Part shown: piece after piece, positions 27,090-37,967 of the stretch
How the letters are laid out: each line of letters begins with the position of its first letter
Position numbering within the stretch: the first letter of the stretch is position 1
Source: a virus
Virus record (IMG/VR): IMGVR_UViG_3300021185_003522
Location: 1 to 64,000 of that record
Length of the DNA stretch: 64,000 bases
Strand: one strand, 5' to 3'
Position numbers and translations under genes: made by a program
The notes under the pieces: generated by a model
Told to the model about the DNA's origin: nothing
Databases searched by the model: none
What the model saw: the letters and a program-made list of their open reading frames with translations, nothing else

Positions 27090-27697
27090 TTGTTGTATCT
27101 GCACATCCTGATGACGTTGAGATTGGTTGTGCCGGAACATTACAAAAACACTTTTTAAAAGGCGCTGATATAACCAGTGTTATAACTGTACGTCCTAGTG
27201 CTGAAATTCGCACTGGTAGAGATTCGCTTACTGTAAAGATGGAACTTGGAGACAGTTACAAACACAGTAAATGGACACTTAAAGTTCATCATACCGCAGA
27301 ACATGCAAATGGCAGACCTAATCTCGTATGTAATAATAATACAATGACAGCCATTGCAGAACATTTACACACTGCTGATATTGCTATACTGCCTAATCCA
27401 GAAGACTATCATCAAGACCATAGAAACACCTACGCACTAGCACTGCCATTGGTTAGACACTGCAACGAAATATGGTTGCAACATTCTTATCCGTATAATG
27501 AATTCTATAAGACCATGCCAAACATGTTAGTTGATATATCAGACACTTGGAAATTTAAAAAAGAATTGCTAAAATGCTATCCAAGTTATATTGATAATGA
27601 TTACATAGACAAAATTCGACGTACAAACAGTGCATGGGGTGCTCAAAGAAATTGTGAGTATGCTGAAGCATTTACTGTGATTAAAAGACATGCATAA
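27077..27697 (+). CDS. PIG-L/LmbE family N-acetyl-sugar deacetylase
   Basis: AHPDDVEIG and HQDH motifs; YAEAF. Confidence 0.88.
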   Translation: MARVIVVSAHPDDVEIGCAGTLQKHFLKGADITSVITVRPSAEIRTGRDSLTVKMELGDSYKHSKWTLKVHHTAEHANGRPNLVCNNNTMTAIAEHLHTADIAILPNPEDYHQDHRNTYALALPLVRHCNEIWLQHSYPYNEFYKTMPNMLVDISDTWKFKKELLKCYPSYIDNDYIDKIRRTNSAWGAQRNCEYAEAFTVIKRHA

Positions 27698-28733
27698 TAT
27701 TGGTTTATTCCAAAATCAACGCAATTGGCAAACTATTAAAGAACAAGTATTAGATCTTGTAAATGAAGATCACACCATTGGACGAGCACAAAATGGCACA
27801 CTAATGAATCGTCTTGAAACTGTATTGGCAGAACGTTTTAAAAGGCAGTATTGTGTTACAGTCGCAAGTTGTACAGATGCACTGGTAATCAGCATGTTAG
27901 CAATGGATTTAAAGCCCAACAGTAAGGTTGCAGTACCAAACTATACATTTACTGCATCAGCACACGCAGTGGCACGTGCTGGGCATACAGTTGTGCCTGT
28001 TGATGTAGGCGCTAACTATTGCTATGATCCCATAGCAGAGGCACCCATTGTAGATGCTATTGTTGGTGTTGATATGTTTGGTAATATGTGCGATTGGGAA
28101 GTAATACAACACCTCGGGTTGCCTATTGTAAATGATGCAGCTCAAAGTATTGAATCACACAATGGAAAGAAACACAGTGCAGAATATGGAGATGTTGCGT
28201 GTTTAAGTTTTTCACCAACTAAAACAATCAGCAGTTGGGGAAGTGGCGGTGCAATATTAACCAATGATAAACGTATTGCTGATAAAGCTCGCAAACTAAG
28301 ACTACACGGAAAAGAAACCAACAATGCTACTGCAATACATGCAGGAATGAATTCCATGATGAGTTCGTTTGAGTGTGCTTGTGTGCTTGTAGGCTTAGAG
28401 CACAGTGAGGAATGGCAAACACGTAGACATCGTATCAGTGAGTATCTAATTGAAAAGTCCACATACGAATCTGCTTGTGAAAAATTACCAAAGCATACAT
28501 ATAGTAAACTTGTGTTTCAAAGTGATAATCGTCAACAAACTCTTGAACACTTACACAAACAAGGCATAGGTACTGCAATCCACTATAACATGATGCTAAC
28601 TGATGAAGCACTTTATAGAGGTGGCAAAACACTACCGCTAAGTATTCAATTAAAAGCAAAAAGTTTTACAGTGCCGAATCAACACACACTTACAGATGCT
28701 GAAGTGGAACACATAGGAAAGAATTTACAATGA
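27690..28733 (+). CDS. DegT/DnrJ/EryC1/StrS sugar aminotransferase
   Basis: SCTDAL, TFTAS, NDAAQS, SFSPTK (PLP Lys), GSGG, GMNS. Confidence 0.9.
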   Translation: MHNIGLFQNQRNWQTIKEQVLDLVNEDHTIGRAQNGTLMNRLETVLAERFKRQYCVTVASCTDALVISMLAMDLKPNSKVAVPNYTFTASAHAVARAGHTVVPVDVGANYCYDPIAEAPIVDAIVGVDMFGNMCDWEVIQHLGLPIVNDAAQSIESHNGKKHSAEYGDVACLSFSPTKTISSWGSGGAILTNDKRIADKARKLRLHGKETNNATAIHAGMNSMMSSFECACVLVGLEHSEEWQTRRHRISEYLIEKSTYESACEKLPKHTYSKLVFQSDNRQQTLEHLHKQGIGTAIHYNMMLTDEALYRGGKTLPLSIQLKAKSFTVPNQHTLTDAEVEHIGKNLQ

Positions 28734-29707
28734 GAGTATTAATACTAGGCGGACATGGCTTTATTGGCAGCCATATAAGCAACATACTAAGACAACAAGG
28801 ACATGTAGTTGGAGTTGTAGACTGTTATCATCAGTATCATACATTTCCAGATGATGAATATTCTTGTGTACTAGCACAAAGACAGGCACACTGCGGTGCT
28901 GACGAAGTCTATGTTGGCAAAATAGAAGATGGTGAATTCTTAAACAGGGCTTTTGATACATTTAATCCAAATACTGTTATACATGTTGCAACCTATCCAA
29001 ACGCATATATGGTAAAACGTAATGTTGTAGATGCGACGGGTAACATGATAACAGCAACTGCACTCGTACTAGATGCGTGTGTTAAACACAACGTAGAGAA
29101 AATAGTATTTGCCAGTTCTAGTATGGCATATGGAAACTTTCTAGTGTCAGCACCAGATGAAACTGCACCAACCAATCCACTTACACTATATGGTAGTTAC
29201 AAACTACAAGGTGAACGCATGTGTAAAATATGGCACAAAGAACATGGATTGAACTACAGTATTCTACGCCCTAGTGCATTGTACGGAACAAGAGATATGA
29301 TTACACGGGTGCTTAGTCAGTTAGTACGTGCTAGATTTACAACTGGTACAATGCGAGTGCAAGGGCCAGAAAACAAACTGGACTTCAGTAATGTTTTAGA
29401 TGTTGCAAGTGCGTTTGCAATTTGTGCAACTGACCCACAAACAATAAATGAAATTTTCAATTGTACTCGAGGACAAGGTAGACCAATACTAGAAGCCGCT
29501 GAAATGATACAAGCACGTATCGGCGGTGATATAGAAACACTACCACATGATGAATTCTATCCTAACAGAGATACACTGAACAGTGACAAGTTGCAAGAAT
29601 ATACTCACTGGCGTCCTAGTATAGACATCGAACAAGGAATACCTGCATACCTAGATTGGGTACTAGAACAACCTTATATAAAGAACATGCCGCTTTACCA
29701 AAGTTGA
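28730..29707 (+). CDS. NAD-dependent epimerase/dehydratase (extended SDR)
   Basis: GGHGFIG, ASSSMAYG, YGSYK (YxxxK intact), LRPSALYG. Confidence 0.9.
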   Translation: MRVLILGGHGFIGSHISNILRQQGHVVGVVDCYHQYHTFPDDEYSCVLAQRQAHCGADEVYVGKIEDGEFLNRAFDTFNPNTVIHVATYPNAYMVKRNVVDATGNMITATALVLDACVKHNVEKIVFASSSMAYGNFLVSAPDETAPTNPLTLYGSYKLQGERMCKIWHKEHGLNYSILRPSALYGTRDMITRVLSQLVRARFTTGTMRVQGPENKLDFSNVLDVASAFAICATDPQTINEIFNCTRGQGRPILEAAEMIQARIGGDIETLPHDEFYPNRDTLNSDKLQEYTHWRPSIDIEQGIPAYLDWVLEQPYIKNMPLYQS

Positions 29708-31236
29708 ACGCCATGCTTGTCCAAATAGAACTGTTGTAACCAAGGCCAATCAAAACTAAGTTTTAGCATTTCATAATCGCCGTCTACACTTATATAATAT
29801 TCAAGAGCATCATTTGCTCCTTGTAAACAGTAGTCTGCATTTTCACCTTCAGCACGTTCACACCATACTTTGAGTCTATGTTGCAGTTCAAACCCAGCAC
29901 CTTGATCAACTTCAAGTTTCAGTTTAAGTACTTCACGGAATGCACTACGCCATGTTATCCATGGATCAGTATTGAATCTACTGATACTGGCAACTTCCGG
30001 AACAACAGTATGTAATTGACTAAGTGTAAAGTCCAAACCAGGTTTGGTATCAAGTACTAATTGTACATTGTACAAATTAATATTCATTGCACCGTATTCT
30101 AAACCATTCAGTGGATTCCTACTGTGAAAAATGTAATGTTTAGGTGCTTGTAGTCTATCAGGTTGAAATTCAAAAGTGAAATCTTTTAACACTTCTGTTT
30201 TAGCAAATACTGCAAAAAACCAATCAGTATCACTGAGTGAAGCTGCAGTCTTGTAGGCCTCTTCACGTCCATTCACACCATCACTACGTTTTGCACGTGG
30301 ACAGATTGATCGAAGCAGTTGCCAATTCTCTTCAGCCATTGGTTCGCCATTGCTTATAAAAACTACATCTTGCGATTCGCTTTCTGATTGAGGATGCTTC
30401 TTATTAATATATGGATAGTCATAGACTTGCGTATTCAGTTTATTTTTTACTTCTCTTGGAATCAATACACTAGTTGCACCTGTACGCAGTGGCACAACAG
30501 TTTTAGTCTGCTCCTGCCATAAACTTATAGTAGGAGGTACAACATGTTCATGTCTACTAAAAACTGCTAAAGGATTTTTAAATTCGTGTGTCCATATTGC
30601 ATTTACAACACTGTCGCTTTCATAAGGTACATAATCAACTCCGTATCGTGGTACTTGTGCATCTATAAAATGTAAGGTTTCAAACCATTCTAATATCTTT
30701 AGTTCTTTAGTCTTTTCTAAGAAACTTGGTACATGTACATAAAAGGTATCACCAAACTTTTGTTCACGTGAACTAAACACATGCAACATGTCATGTTGAT
30801 ATTCACTTGGGTGCCATGAAAAATCAAAGTGTTGATAACTGCAAACATCAGTGGTTACCCAACAATACTCCCAGGATTGCTTTGCTAGTACTCTACGCAT
30901 TGTTCCTAAGTAATCACTTATATAACGTGTGTTCACATCTCCTTGATCTTGACTATTAGGATTGTGCTTAATATGCAGTCTAGGCACACTAATTTTACGT
31001 TGCACAATACTGTGATTGTAATTGCGAATTTTGGCTCCTGCCTTTGGAAACAACATAGTGCCTGAATTTTCTTGGTGCTGACTTGGCCAGATGTGAATTT
31101 GTTCTGCTTCCCATGGTGCAGGTTCCCATGTAAAATCAAAGTCAGAATAATCACAGTGCTTATCTAGTACCCATAAGTACCTAGTCTTGCATTTTGCAAG
31201 TGAATAATTATCTATAGAGTATGTTTTATCAAACAT
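29695..31236 (-). CDS. multi-domain GT-A-like glycosyltransferase-like protein
   Basis: C-terminal DVVFISNGEP...NPLNGLEYG...WRSAFRE is paralogous to ORF 46932 (DCIYLSYDEP...NGLMYG...FRAGFRE); N-terminal FDFxWxP repeat. Confidence 0.55.
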   Translation of the reverse strand: MFDKTYSIDNYSLAKCKTRYLWVLDKHCDYSDFDFTWEPAPWEAEQIHIWPSQHQENSGTMLFPKAGAKIRNYNHSIVQRKISVPRLHIKHNPNSQDQGDVNTRYISDYLGTMRRVLAKQSWEYCWVTTDVCSYQHFDFSWHPSEYQHDMLHVFSSREQKFGDTFYVHVPSFLEKTKELKILEWFETLHFIDAQVPRYGVDYVPYESDSVVNAIWTHEFKNPLAVFSRHEHVVPPTISLWQEQTKTVVPLRTGATSVLIPREVKNKLNTQVYDYPYINKKHPQSESESQDVVFISNGEPMAEENWQLLRSICPRAKRSDGVNGREEAYKTAASLSDTDWFFAVFAKTEVLKDFTFEFQPDRLQAPKHYIFHSRNPLNGLEYGAMNINLYNVQLVLDTKPGLDFTLSQLHTVVPEVASISRFNTDPWITWRSAFREVLKLKLEVDQGAGFELQHRLKVWCERAEGENADYCLQGANDALEYYISVDGDYEMLKLSFDWPWLQQFYLDKHGVQLW

Positions 31237-32341
31237 GATTAGAATTGACGAAATTTACGATGGTGTTTTTGTACCACGTATTATAAATTACACTTTGGAA
31301 GATCAGAATAACAATACCTATAAAGTTGGGTTGCATTGGTTTGACCCGTTTGGCAGTACAGATTTCAAAAATATGTGTAATAAACCTCCAGTAGTGTGGA
31401 TGAATCCTGACGGGAGAGGTCCAAAAGGTAGCACCAGAGTTATAATGTGGGATCAGGAACCTTTGCATCGTTATCGGTTTACTCCTTTTTTTAAGCAGTT
31501 TCTTGAACGGCCTTATCGAGCAGAAACCTACAGACTTGTTACCAGTGAATGGCAAAGTGAAGACGTTGCCTGGGCCACTGATACTTATGGACTAGAGTCA
31601 GACTACTATTTCTTTCATGGTTGGGCAGCTCTTGACTGGTACCGTGGTTATAATCGTACTAGTTTAGCACAACCTTTTAAAGAACGCAAGCCTTTTAATA
31701 CTTTTCTTTGTCCTAATAATATAATTGGTGGTGAACGTAGACACAGAATAGAAATGCTTCAACAGTTTGTTGGGCGTGATTTGCTAGATAAAAACCTTAT
31801 ATCTTTTCCTGACGTATGTCCATATGAAGGACAAAGTTTACAATTGCTATGTGTAAAATATGATTTAGATTGTCCTCAAGTAAAACTACCATTAATGATT
31901 GATAACGGTTCAGGACATGCGGCACAGAGTCATCAAATTGATCTATGGGACCAAGCAAATAACAGTTTAATTCATGTTGTAACTGAAACTGTTTACAAAG
32001 GCCGTAAAAATCATTTAACTGAAAAATCATTTAAGCCTATTGTAATGCAACAACCATTTATAATACAAAGTTGTAAGGGCAGTTTAGAGTATCTGCGTAG
32101 GTATGGATTTCGTACATTTGGCGACTTTTGGGACGAATCATACGATGAAGCAGATGATTCAGTACGCACATATGAGATAGGTAAACTGCTACAAGACATT
32201 AACACTATGAGTCAAAAAGAAAAGGCCCAACTACAAACCGCAGTAAATAGTACTGTAGAGCACAATTACAATTGGTTTTACGGAGAAGAGTTTGAAAAGC
32301 AGTTATGGAACGAATTAACTACGATGACAAATAAATGGTAA
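31235..32341 (+). CDS. GT10-like glycosyltransferase-like protein, paralog 4
   Basis: RRHR; VTET...LTEKSFKPI...QPF...YGFRTFGDFWDESYD. Confidence 0.55.
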   Translation: MIRIDEIYDGVFVPRIINYTLEDQNNNTYKVGLHWFDPFGSTDFKNMCNKPPVVWMNPDGRGPKGSTRVIMWDQEPLHRYRFTPFFKQFLERPYRAETYRLVTSEWQSEDVAWATDTYGLESDYYFFHGWAALDWYRGYNRTSLAQPFKERKPFNTFLCPNNIIGGERRHRIEMLQQFVGRDLLDKNLISFPDVCPYEGQSLQLLCVKYDLDCPQVKLPLMIDNGSGHAAQSHQIDLWDQANNSLIHVVTETVYKGRKNHLTEKSFKPIVMQQPFIIQSCKGSLEYLRRYGFRTFGDFWDESYDEADDSVRTYEIGKLLQDINTMSQKEKAQLQTAVNSTVEHNYNWFYGEEFEKQLWNELTTMTNKW

Positions 32342-33510
32342 ATTTTTGTGCAGATAAATTTGTAAATGGAAAGCCCTACCCAAACTGTGCTACATGGGAA
32401 GCAGAGCCGTATACACCTGAATGGAAACAATTTAGTGTTAATGCTCCGTTTAGTGAGCCTGTACATTTTTATGAGTATTTAGATAAAGAAGGCATAGACT
32501 ATCTGGTACATGATAGTGTCCTGGCACCTTGGGATAGCATTTACCCTATAAGTCTAAGTTTCTTTGATTTTAATGTGGAGTGGGATAAAATTATCCCAAT
32601 GGAAGTACAAAATAGAGTACGTAGGAACGAGCTAAAAATTTGGTTTTTGTACAGCGAAGGCGACAACCCTTTTCGCATACAAAAAACCCTTAATAAACAG
32701 TTAGTTAAAGCTGGTATTCCGCTGGAAAATGTCCATTTTACCAGTGCAAACACTAAAAGTCGTGATCTTACAGGCTTTGGCTACATGTGTGACGATGAAT
32801 TATTGTACCGGCTCCGTAATGAGTCTTTAGCATTACCGTATCACGAGAACATCCGAAGTAAAAACTTTACTGCATTAGTGCGTACACATAAAAGTTGGCG
32901 TGCAAATACAATGGCACGTTTGTGGAGTAAAGGATTACACGAACGTGGGTATTTCAGTTATAATAATAAAATTAGTGTTGAAGAAACACCAGAAGACAAC
33001 CCAATTGAAATAGATAGTTTTGGTAGTCTAAAACATCATACTGAATTCTTTTTAAAATTATGTCCTTTCCATGCAGATCTACTATCTAGCAACGAACACA
33101 ATATGTATCATCATACAGTACAAGCTCACCACGACGATGCCTACTTTAACTTTGTGCTTGAAACACATCTAGACACGGACCAAAGTGGTGGTGTATTTTT
33201 AACAGAAAAAACTTTTAAACCTATAAAACATTGTCAACCCTTTCTAATTGCCGGAGCGAAAGGTAGCATTGAACAACTTCGCATTATGGGATATAGAACA
33301 TTTGATCATGTAGTAAATCACGACTATGACAGCATTGAAAATAACACACAACGCTGGAATGCAGTTTGCACCGAAGTTGAACGTATTGTTAAATCAAAAA
33401 AGATACATGAAATGTTTATAGAATGCAAAGATGATTTATTACATAATCAAGAATTATTTTTAAGTAATAAAAAGGCAACATTAGAAAGCATTTTAGAATG
33501 GGCAAAGTAA
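32335..33510 (+). CDS. GT10-like glycosyltransferase-like protein, paralog 5
   Basis: VLET...LTEKTFKPI...QPF...GYRTFDHVVNHDYD. Confidence 0.55.
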   Translation: MVNFCADKFVNGKPYPNCATWEAEPYTPEWKQFSVNAPFSEPVHFYEYLDKEGIDYLVHDSVLAPWDSIYPISLSFFDFNVEWDKIIPMEVQNRVRRNELKIWFLYSEGDNPFRIQKTLNKQLVKAGIPLENVHFTSANTKSRDLTGFGYMCDDELLYRLRNESLALPYHENIRSKNFTALVRTHKSWRANTMARLWSKGLHERGYFSYNNKISVEETPEDNPIEIDSFGSLKHHTEFFLKLCPFHADLLSSNEHNMYHHTVQAHHDDAYFNFVLETHLDTDQSGGVFLTEKTFKPIKHCQPFLIAGAKGSIEQLRIMGYRTFDHVVNHDYDSIENNTQRWNAVCTEVERIVKSKKIHEMFIECKDDLLHNQELFLSNKKATLESILEWAK

Positions 33511-34523
33511 GTAGTTACACAAGTTGGCAACCACTAGAAGAAGTTATTGTTGGAAGAGCATATACTCCAGATTACTTTGACTTCATAGAAGATGCACAAG
33601 TTAGAAATCAACTACAACAGATACTTGCTGAAACAAACGAAGACTTAAACAACTTACAAAAAACTTGCGAACAGTATGGCGCAGTCGTAAAACGGCCTTC
33701 TTTACCAGATAAAGACCAATTCATGAAATGGCAAACAACAGACGGAGGTGCACCATTACCCCCACTTACTCCAAGAGACTGGCAAATCAGTCTGGGCGAT
33801 AAACTGCTAAGAGTGTTACCAGTTGCGGAACTAAATGACATATGCGATGGATATGAAAACCAAGTGATAAATCCTCATGGAGAATACTTTGATCCTGCCT
33901 GTATACTAAATGGTGCTAGTGCAAGTTGCATCGTGCGTGTAGGCACTGATATATTTTTTGATAATAGCGACCACCTGCAACCTAATCAAAGTCGTTGGAT
34001 ACAAGAAAATTGTTTAGACAGCAGATATAGATTTCATGAAGCAATTACAGATGGACATGGCGATGCAGTGTTTGCAATCCTAAAGCCAGGCGTACTGCTT
34101 AGTAGCAAATGGGATGATCAATTGGATTTAGCAGGTGATTTTCCTGGATGGGACATTTGTAAAATATGGGATAGTAGCATTTGGGCCGCCATGGAAGTTG
34201 GAAAGTTTAAAGAACAAAACTTTAATGGTGCGTGGTATGTACAAGGACAAACTCCTACACAAGAGTTTACACAATTTGTTGACACTTATTTAAAGAAATG
34301 GGTTGGCTTTGTAAGTGATACTGTTTTTGATGTCAATTGTCTTGTACTAGATGAAGAGAATGTTATTTTCAGTGCCTATAACAAACAAGTATTCGACTAC
34401 TGCAAAAAACACAAGATAAATCCAATTATAGCAGAACTTAGACACAGTTACTTCTGGGATGGTGGTGTAAGTTGTTGTACACAAGATATACGTCGTAAAG
34501 GTGGTTTGGAAACTTATCTCTAA
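33498..34523 (+). CDS. amidinotransferase-family (pentein) protein 3
   Basis: WQPLEEVIVG, TPRD, GHGD and FWDGGVSCCTQDIRR. Confidence 0.87.
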   Translation: MGKVSSYTSWQPLEEVIVGRAYTPDYFDFIEDAQVRNQLQQILAETNEDLNNLQKTCEQYGAVVKRPSLPDKDQFMKWQTTDGGAPLPPLTPRDWQISLGDKLLRVLPVAELNDICDGYENQVINPHGEYFDPACILNGASASCIVRVGTDIFFDNSDHLQPNQSRWIQENCLDSRYRFHEAITDGHGDAVFAILKPGVLLSSKWDDQLDLAGDFPGWDICKIWDSSIWAAMEVGKFKEQNFNGAWYVQGQTPTQEFTQFVDTYLKKWVGFVSDTVFDVNCLVLDEENVIFSAYNKQVFDYCKKHKINPIIAELRHSYFWDGGVSCCTQDIRRKGGLETYL

Positions 34524-34837
34524 TACCAACCCATAATTAATTTGGTTTCTTCTGGAACCATTTCCATTGTAAACTGCGGTTCGAATACCAACTGTCTATC
34601 TATAGCACGCACACCTTCAGTATTAATCATTGCTTGTTCAATGTCATTACAGATTTGATCAGCAAACGGACATGCCATTGATGTTAGTGTGTGCTCCACC
34701 CGACACCTATCGCCATCTATTTCAATTTTGTAAATTAACCCTAAGTCGTATACACTAACACTGGGCATTTCTGGGTCATAGACTTTTTGTAATGATTCAA
34801 TCACACGTTGTCTAAGATCATTTTCTTCTAACTGCAT
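34520..34837 (-). CDS. DUF59/SufT (MIP18) Fe-S cluster maturation protein
   Basis: VYDPEMP..VYDLGLIY, TLTSMACP, FEP. Confidence 0.9.
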   Translation of the reverse strand: MQLEENDLRQRVIESLQKVYDPEMPSVSVYDLGLIYKIEIDGDRCRVEHTLTSMACPFADQICNDIEQAMINTEGVRAIDRQLVFEPQFTMEMVPEETKLIMGWY

Positions 34838-36333
34838 ACTGTTACGCCGTATTCTTTTTCAAAGCGATTAGCATCAGACCTGTCATCAACCATTGGCTCG
34901 CCTCTTATGTTAAGGCTAGTATTTAACAACATGGGACAACCTGTCTTTCTATACCATGCACTCAATAACCGCCTTATGCCACTATCATTATCTGGAACTG
35001 TTTGTACTCTGCTTGTTCCATCCACATGTATAATAGCCGGAAACTCTTCTGGCTTGGTGCAACGAGCAACCACCTGCATGTAACGACTTGTGGGTTGATA
35101 AAGAGGCATTGCAAAATAGTCATGTACATGCTCTTCAAGTATTACAGGAGCAAAAGGTCTAAACTTTTGTCTACGTTTAATTTCATTTACTCGATCTTTA
35201 ATGTCTGCTCCGCGTGGATCAGCAAGTAAACTTCTATTGCCCAGTGCTCTTGGACCAAATTCTGCACGTCCATTTGCAACTCCAACAATTTGATTTGTTT
35301 CTAATTCTTTCAACAGTTCGTCTACTGGATATTCTCCTGAGATATTTGAGCCCAGATAAGGTGTTGTAAAGTTTATGTCTCTACCATATGCATAAGCGGC
35401 CGCACCTAAACTGCTTCCTGCATCGCCTGGGTTTGGCATTATCCATATTTTGTTAAACAGTTCTCCCAATCGTCGATTGATAACACAGTTAAGAGCAACA
35501 CCGCCCATGTAAACTAGATTTTTACTAGTGCCAAGAGCCTTTGCTCTACGCATCACACCCATAACCATTTCTTCGCATAACCGTTGTCCTGCGGCGGCAA
35601 TATCCTCTACTGTAACATCAGCTGCAAACTCAACGTCATCAATGCCAAGGTGTAGATTATCTTTGAACAGTGGAATATCTGTAAATCGCACAGTTGCACG
35701 TTTTAATGTATTGTATGCCTTGTCAGCATCGCCGTAAGCAGCCATACCCATTGTGATGTATTCTTCATCCATTGGCTTTAATCCGCAACGTTTGGTTACT
35801 GCACTGTAGAACATACCAATACTGTGTGGATATGATTGCTTGTATAACAGTTTGTAATTTGCTTTAGCGTGTTCGCCTGCTAGGCATGCACCGTTGTAGT
35901 ATGCATGGTATATGCTGATTGTATCTGATTCACCAATAGCATCTATTACCACAACTGTTGCATCATCAAATGGTGATGTTTGAAAGCCTGCGGCCGCATG
36001 AGATAGATGATGTCCAACACTGCTGATTTCTGCAGATGTTTCATTCATTATATAAGGAATAGTACGTAGTAGTTCAGTTTGTGTACGCCAAGCACCGCCC
36101 CAACTTTCTCCGCTTTTGATTTTACGCAGTTGTCGTAGATGTGGCTTTTCATAGTATACTATCTTATCAAAAGGTCCGTATTCTTTTGCCTTCTGTTGTA
36201 GACTTACTGGAATAGTGCTATCGTTTTTGATCTTGCTGTAACGTTCTGCATGTCCTGCAAACAATACTCGGTGATTGTGCAGTACAGTTAAAGCCGCGTC
36301 GTGAAATCCTGCACTAACTCCTAGTATTCTCAT
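34828..36333 (-). CDS. O-carbamoyltransferase (NodU/CmcH/TobZ family)
   Basis: GFHDAA, ERYS, HHLSHAA, DAIGE, GGVALN, PGDAG, EFGPRALGNRS, FRPFAP, HVDGTSRVQTV, LNTSLN. Confidence 0.95.
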   Translation of the reverse strand: MRILGVSAGFHDAALTVLHNHRVLFAGHAERYSKIKNDSTIPVSLQQKAKEYGPFDKIVYYEKPHLRQLRKIKSGESWGGAWRTQTELLRTIPYIMNETSAEISSVGHHLSHAAAGFQTSPFDDATVVVIDAIGESDTISIYHAYYNGACLAGEHAKANYKLLYKQSYPHSIGMFYSAVTKRCGLKPMDEEYITMGMAAYGDADKAYNTLKRATVRFTDIPLFKDNLHLGIDDVEFAADVTVEDIAAAGQRLCEEMVMGVMRRAKALGTSKNLVYMGGVALNCVINRRLGELFNKIWIMPNPGDAGSSLGAAAYAYGRDINFTTPYLGSNISGEYPVDELLKELETNQIVGVANGRAEFGPRALGNRSLLADPRGADIKDRVNEIKRRQKFRPFAPVILEEHVHDYFAMPLYQPTSRYMQVVARCTKPEEFPAIIHVDGTSRVQTVPDNDSGIRRLLSAWYRKTGCPMLLNTSLNIRGEPMVDDRSDANRFEKEYGVTVCS

Positions 36334-36863
36334 TATAACCTGTCTTCGTATTCAGATACCGGAGGTATTTCACCGGTAGTCATTTCAGTATCTTGTGTGG
36401 AAAATGTTATTGTAGCAACATAGTCGCATTTGTTGTTGCATATTGGATCTACTATTGGTGTGAATACCATGCCTTCTTCATAGGTCCAGTTGCCTGTTTG
36501 CCATCCAGTTTTGTTCTCACTAGTACCTGAGGTCTGACTGGTAGCAGTAACATCAAAATACATTTTTATATTTTGATCATCTGCAGGTAAGTCACCTCTG
36601 TTTACTGTATAGCCATTGTTGCCATCCGCAGTAATCTCAGCAGTCATCCATACAGGATCTGTGCCTTGAAAAAAGTCTAGCCAATCTTTTAAGGTTTTTT
36701 TCCAATCTTTGTCAACAGTGTTGGTAATTGTGCCACCATTGGGATCAACAGTATGAATGTGATGTTTGGTACGCACTGCACTACTGCGATCCTCTATCCA
36801 ATTAATTGTGTAGGGAGTATTGTTTACAATTGTTAATACATTAGACCAATGATTTTTACTCAT
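36333..36863 (-). CDS. hypothetical protein
   Basis: 176 aa, beta-rich, translationally coupled between metK and the carbamoyltransferase. Confidence 0.7.
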   Translation of the reverse strand: MSKNHWSNVLTIVNNTPYTINWIEDRSSAVRTKHHIHTVDPNGGTITNTVDKDWKKTLKDWLDFFQGTDPVWMTAEITADGNNGYTVNRGDLPADDQNIKMYFDVTATSQTSGTSENKTGWQTGNWTYEEGMVFTPIVDPICNNKCDYVATITFSTQDTEMTTGEIPPVSEYEDRL

Positions 36864-37967
36864 TTACCAACCTATCTTCTCCCAAGGAACATCTTTGTTG
36901 CCAAAGTGTCCGTATGTGCAATTTGCACTGTAGTTGTAAAAGTTGAAAAGATCAAATCTATCAATTATACCTTTAGGTGTGAGATCAATGTTTTCACGTA
37001 TAAACTTTTGTATACTGCGATTGTGTCCATTTGAATCTATGTAGACACTGGTAGGTTCTTTTACACCAATGGCATATGATATCTGTATTTGACACCAGTC
37101 TGCCATGTCGTCTGCTACAACGTTCTTTGCTAACCAACGTGCCATATATGCTGCCGTTCTATCTACTTTTGTAGGATCTTTTCCTGAGAAAGCACCACCA
37201 CCATGAGGAGCAAAGCCGCCATAGGTATCAACGATAATTTTGCGTCCTGTAAGGCCAGTGTCACCATCAGGACCACCAATGACAAAATTGCCAGTTGGAT
37301 TAAGATGGAATACAGTCTTGTCATCTATTAAATCTCCTAGTACTTCTTCGCATGCCGATCTTGTAGCCATACGTGCGGGTTCATAAAAGCTCTCATCTTT
37401 GTGTTGTTGACTTACCACAACTTGATCAATACGTTTTACCTTACCGCCGTCATACTCTACACTAACTTGACTCTTAGCATCAGGTCCAAGATATTTGTAT
37501 CCATCTACACGTTTTTCTTTTATATTTTTTAATATTTCATGAGAATAGTAAATTGGGGCGGGCAGATACGCATCATTCCCATTGCATGCGTAACCAAACA
37601 TAATACCTTGATCACCTGCACCAAAATCGTCTGTGCCCAGTGCAATGTCGGCACTTTGTGAGTGCAATTGATTGTTGATTGTTTTATTATCAACTGTCAG
37701 TTTATCCCAATGAAATCCCGCTTGCTCGTAGCCAATCTCTTTTACTTTGTCTCTTATAATTTGTTCAACTTGTTCATCAGAGATATTAAAGTTTTTAACT
37801 TCACCTGCTAGTACAACATAGTTTGTTGTGACCATTGTTTCAACTGCTACTCTGGTTGTTTCATCACCGGCTTTGAGTCCAGCGTCAACCAATGCATCTG
37901 ATATTTGGTCTGCTATTTTGTCAGGATGCCCTTCGCTCACTGACTCTGATGTAAAAATATAACTCAT
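36864..37967 (-). CDS. metK: S-adenosylmethionine synthetase
   Basis: FTSESVSEGHPDK, GAGDQG, GGPDGDTGLTGRKIIVDTYGG, GGGAFSGKDPTKVDR. Confidence 0.98.
   Translation of the reverse strand: MSYIFTSESVSEGHPDKIADQISDALVDAGLKAGDETTRVAVETMVTTNYVVLAGEVKNFNISDEQVEQIIRDKVKEIGYEQAGFHWDKLTVDNKTINNQLHSQSADIALGTDDFGAGDQGIMFGYACNGNDAYLPAPIYYSHEILKNIKEKRVDGYKYLGPDAKSQVSVEYDGGKVKRIDQVVVSQQHKDESFYEPARMATRSACEEVLGDLIDDKTVFHLNPTGNFVIGGPDGDTGLTGRKIIVDTYGGFAPHGGGAFSGKDPTKVDRTAAYMARWLAKNVVADDMADWCQIQISYAIGVKEPTSVYIDSNGHNRSIQKFIRENIDLTPKGIIDRFDLFNFYNYSANCTYGHFGNKDVPWEKIGW

Noticed and set aside
25448-37967. Introns, inteins or homing endonucleases in thyX or metK
   Set aside because: Both genes are contiguous and of normal length; no HNH, GIY-YIG or LAGLIDADG motif noticed.
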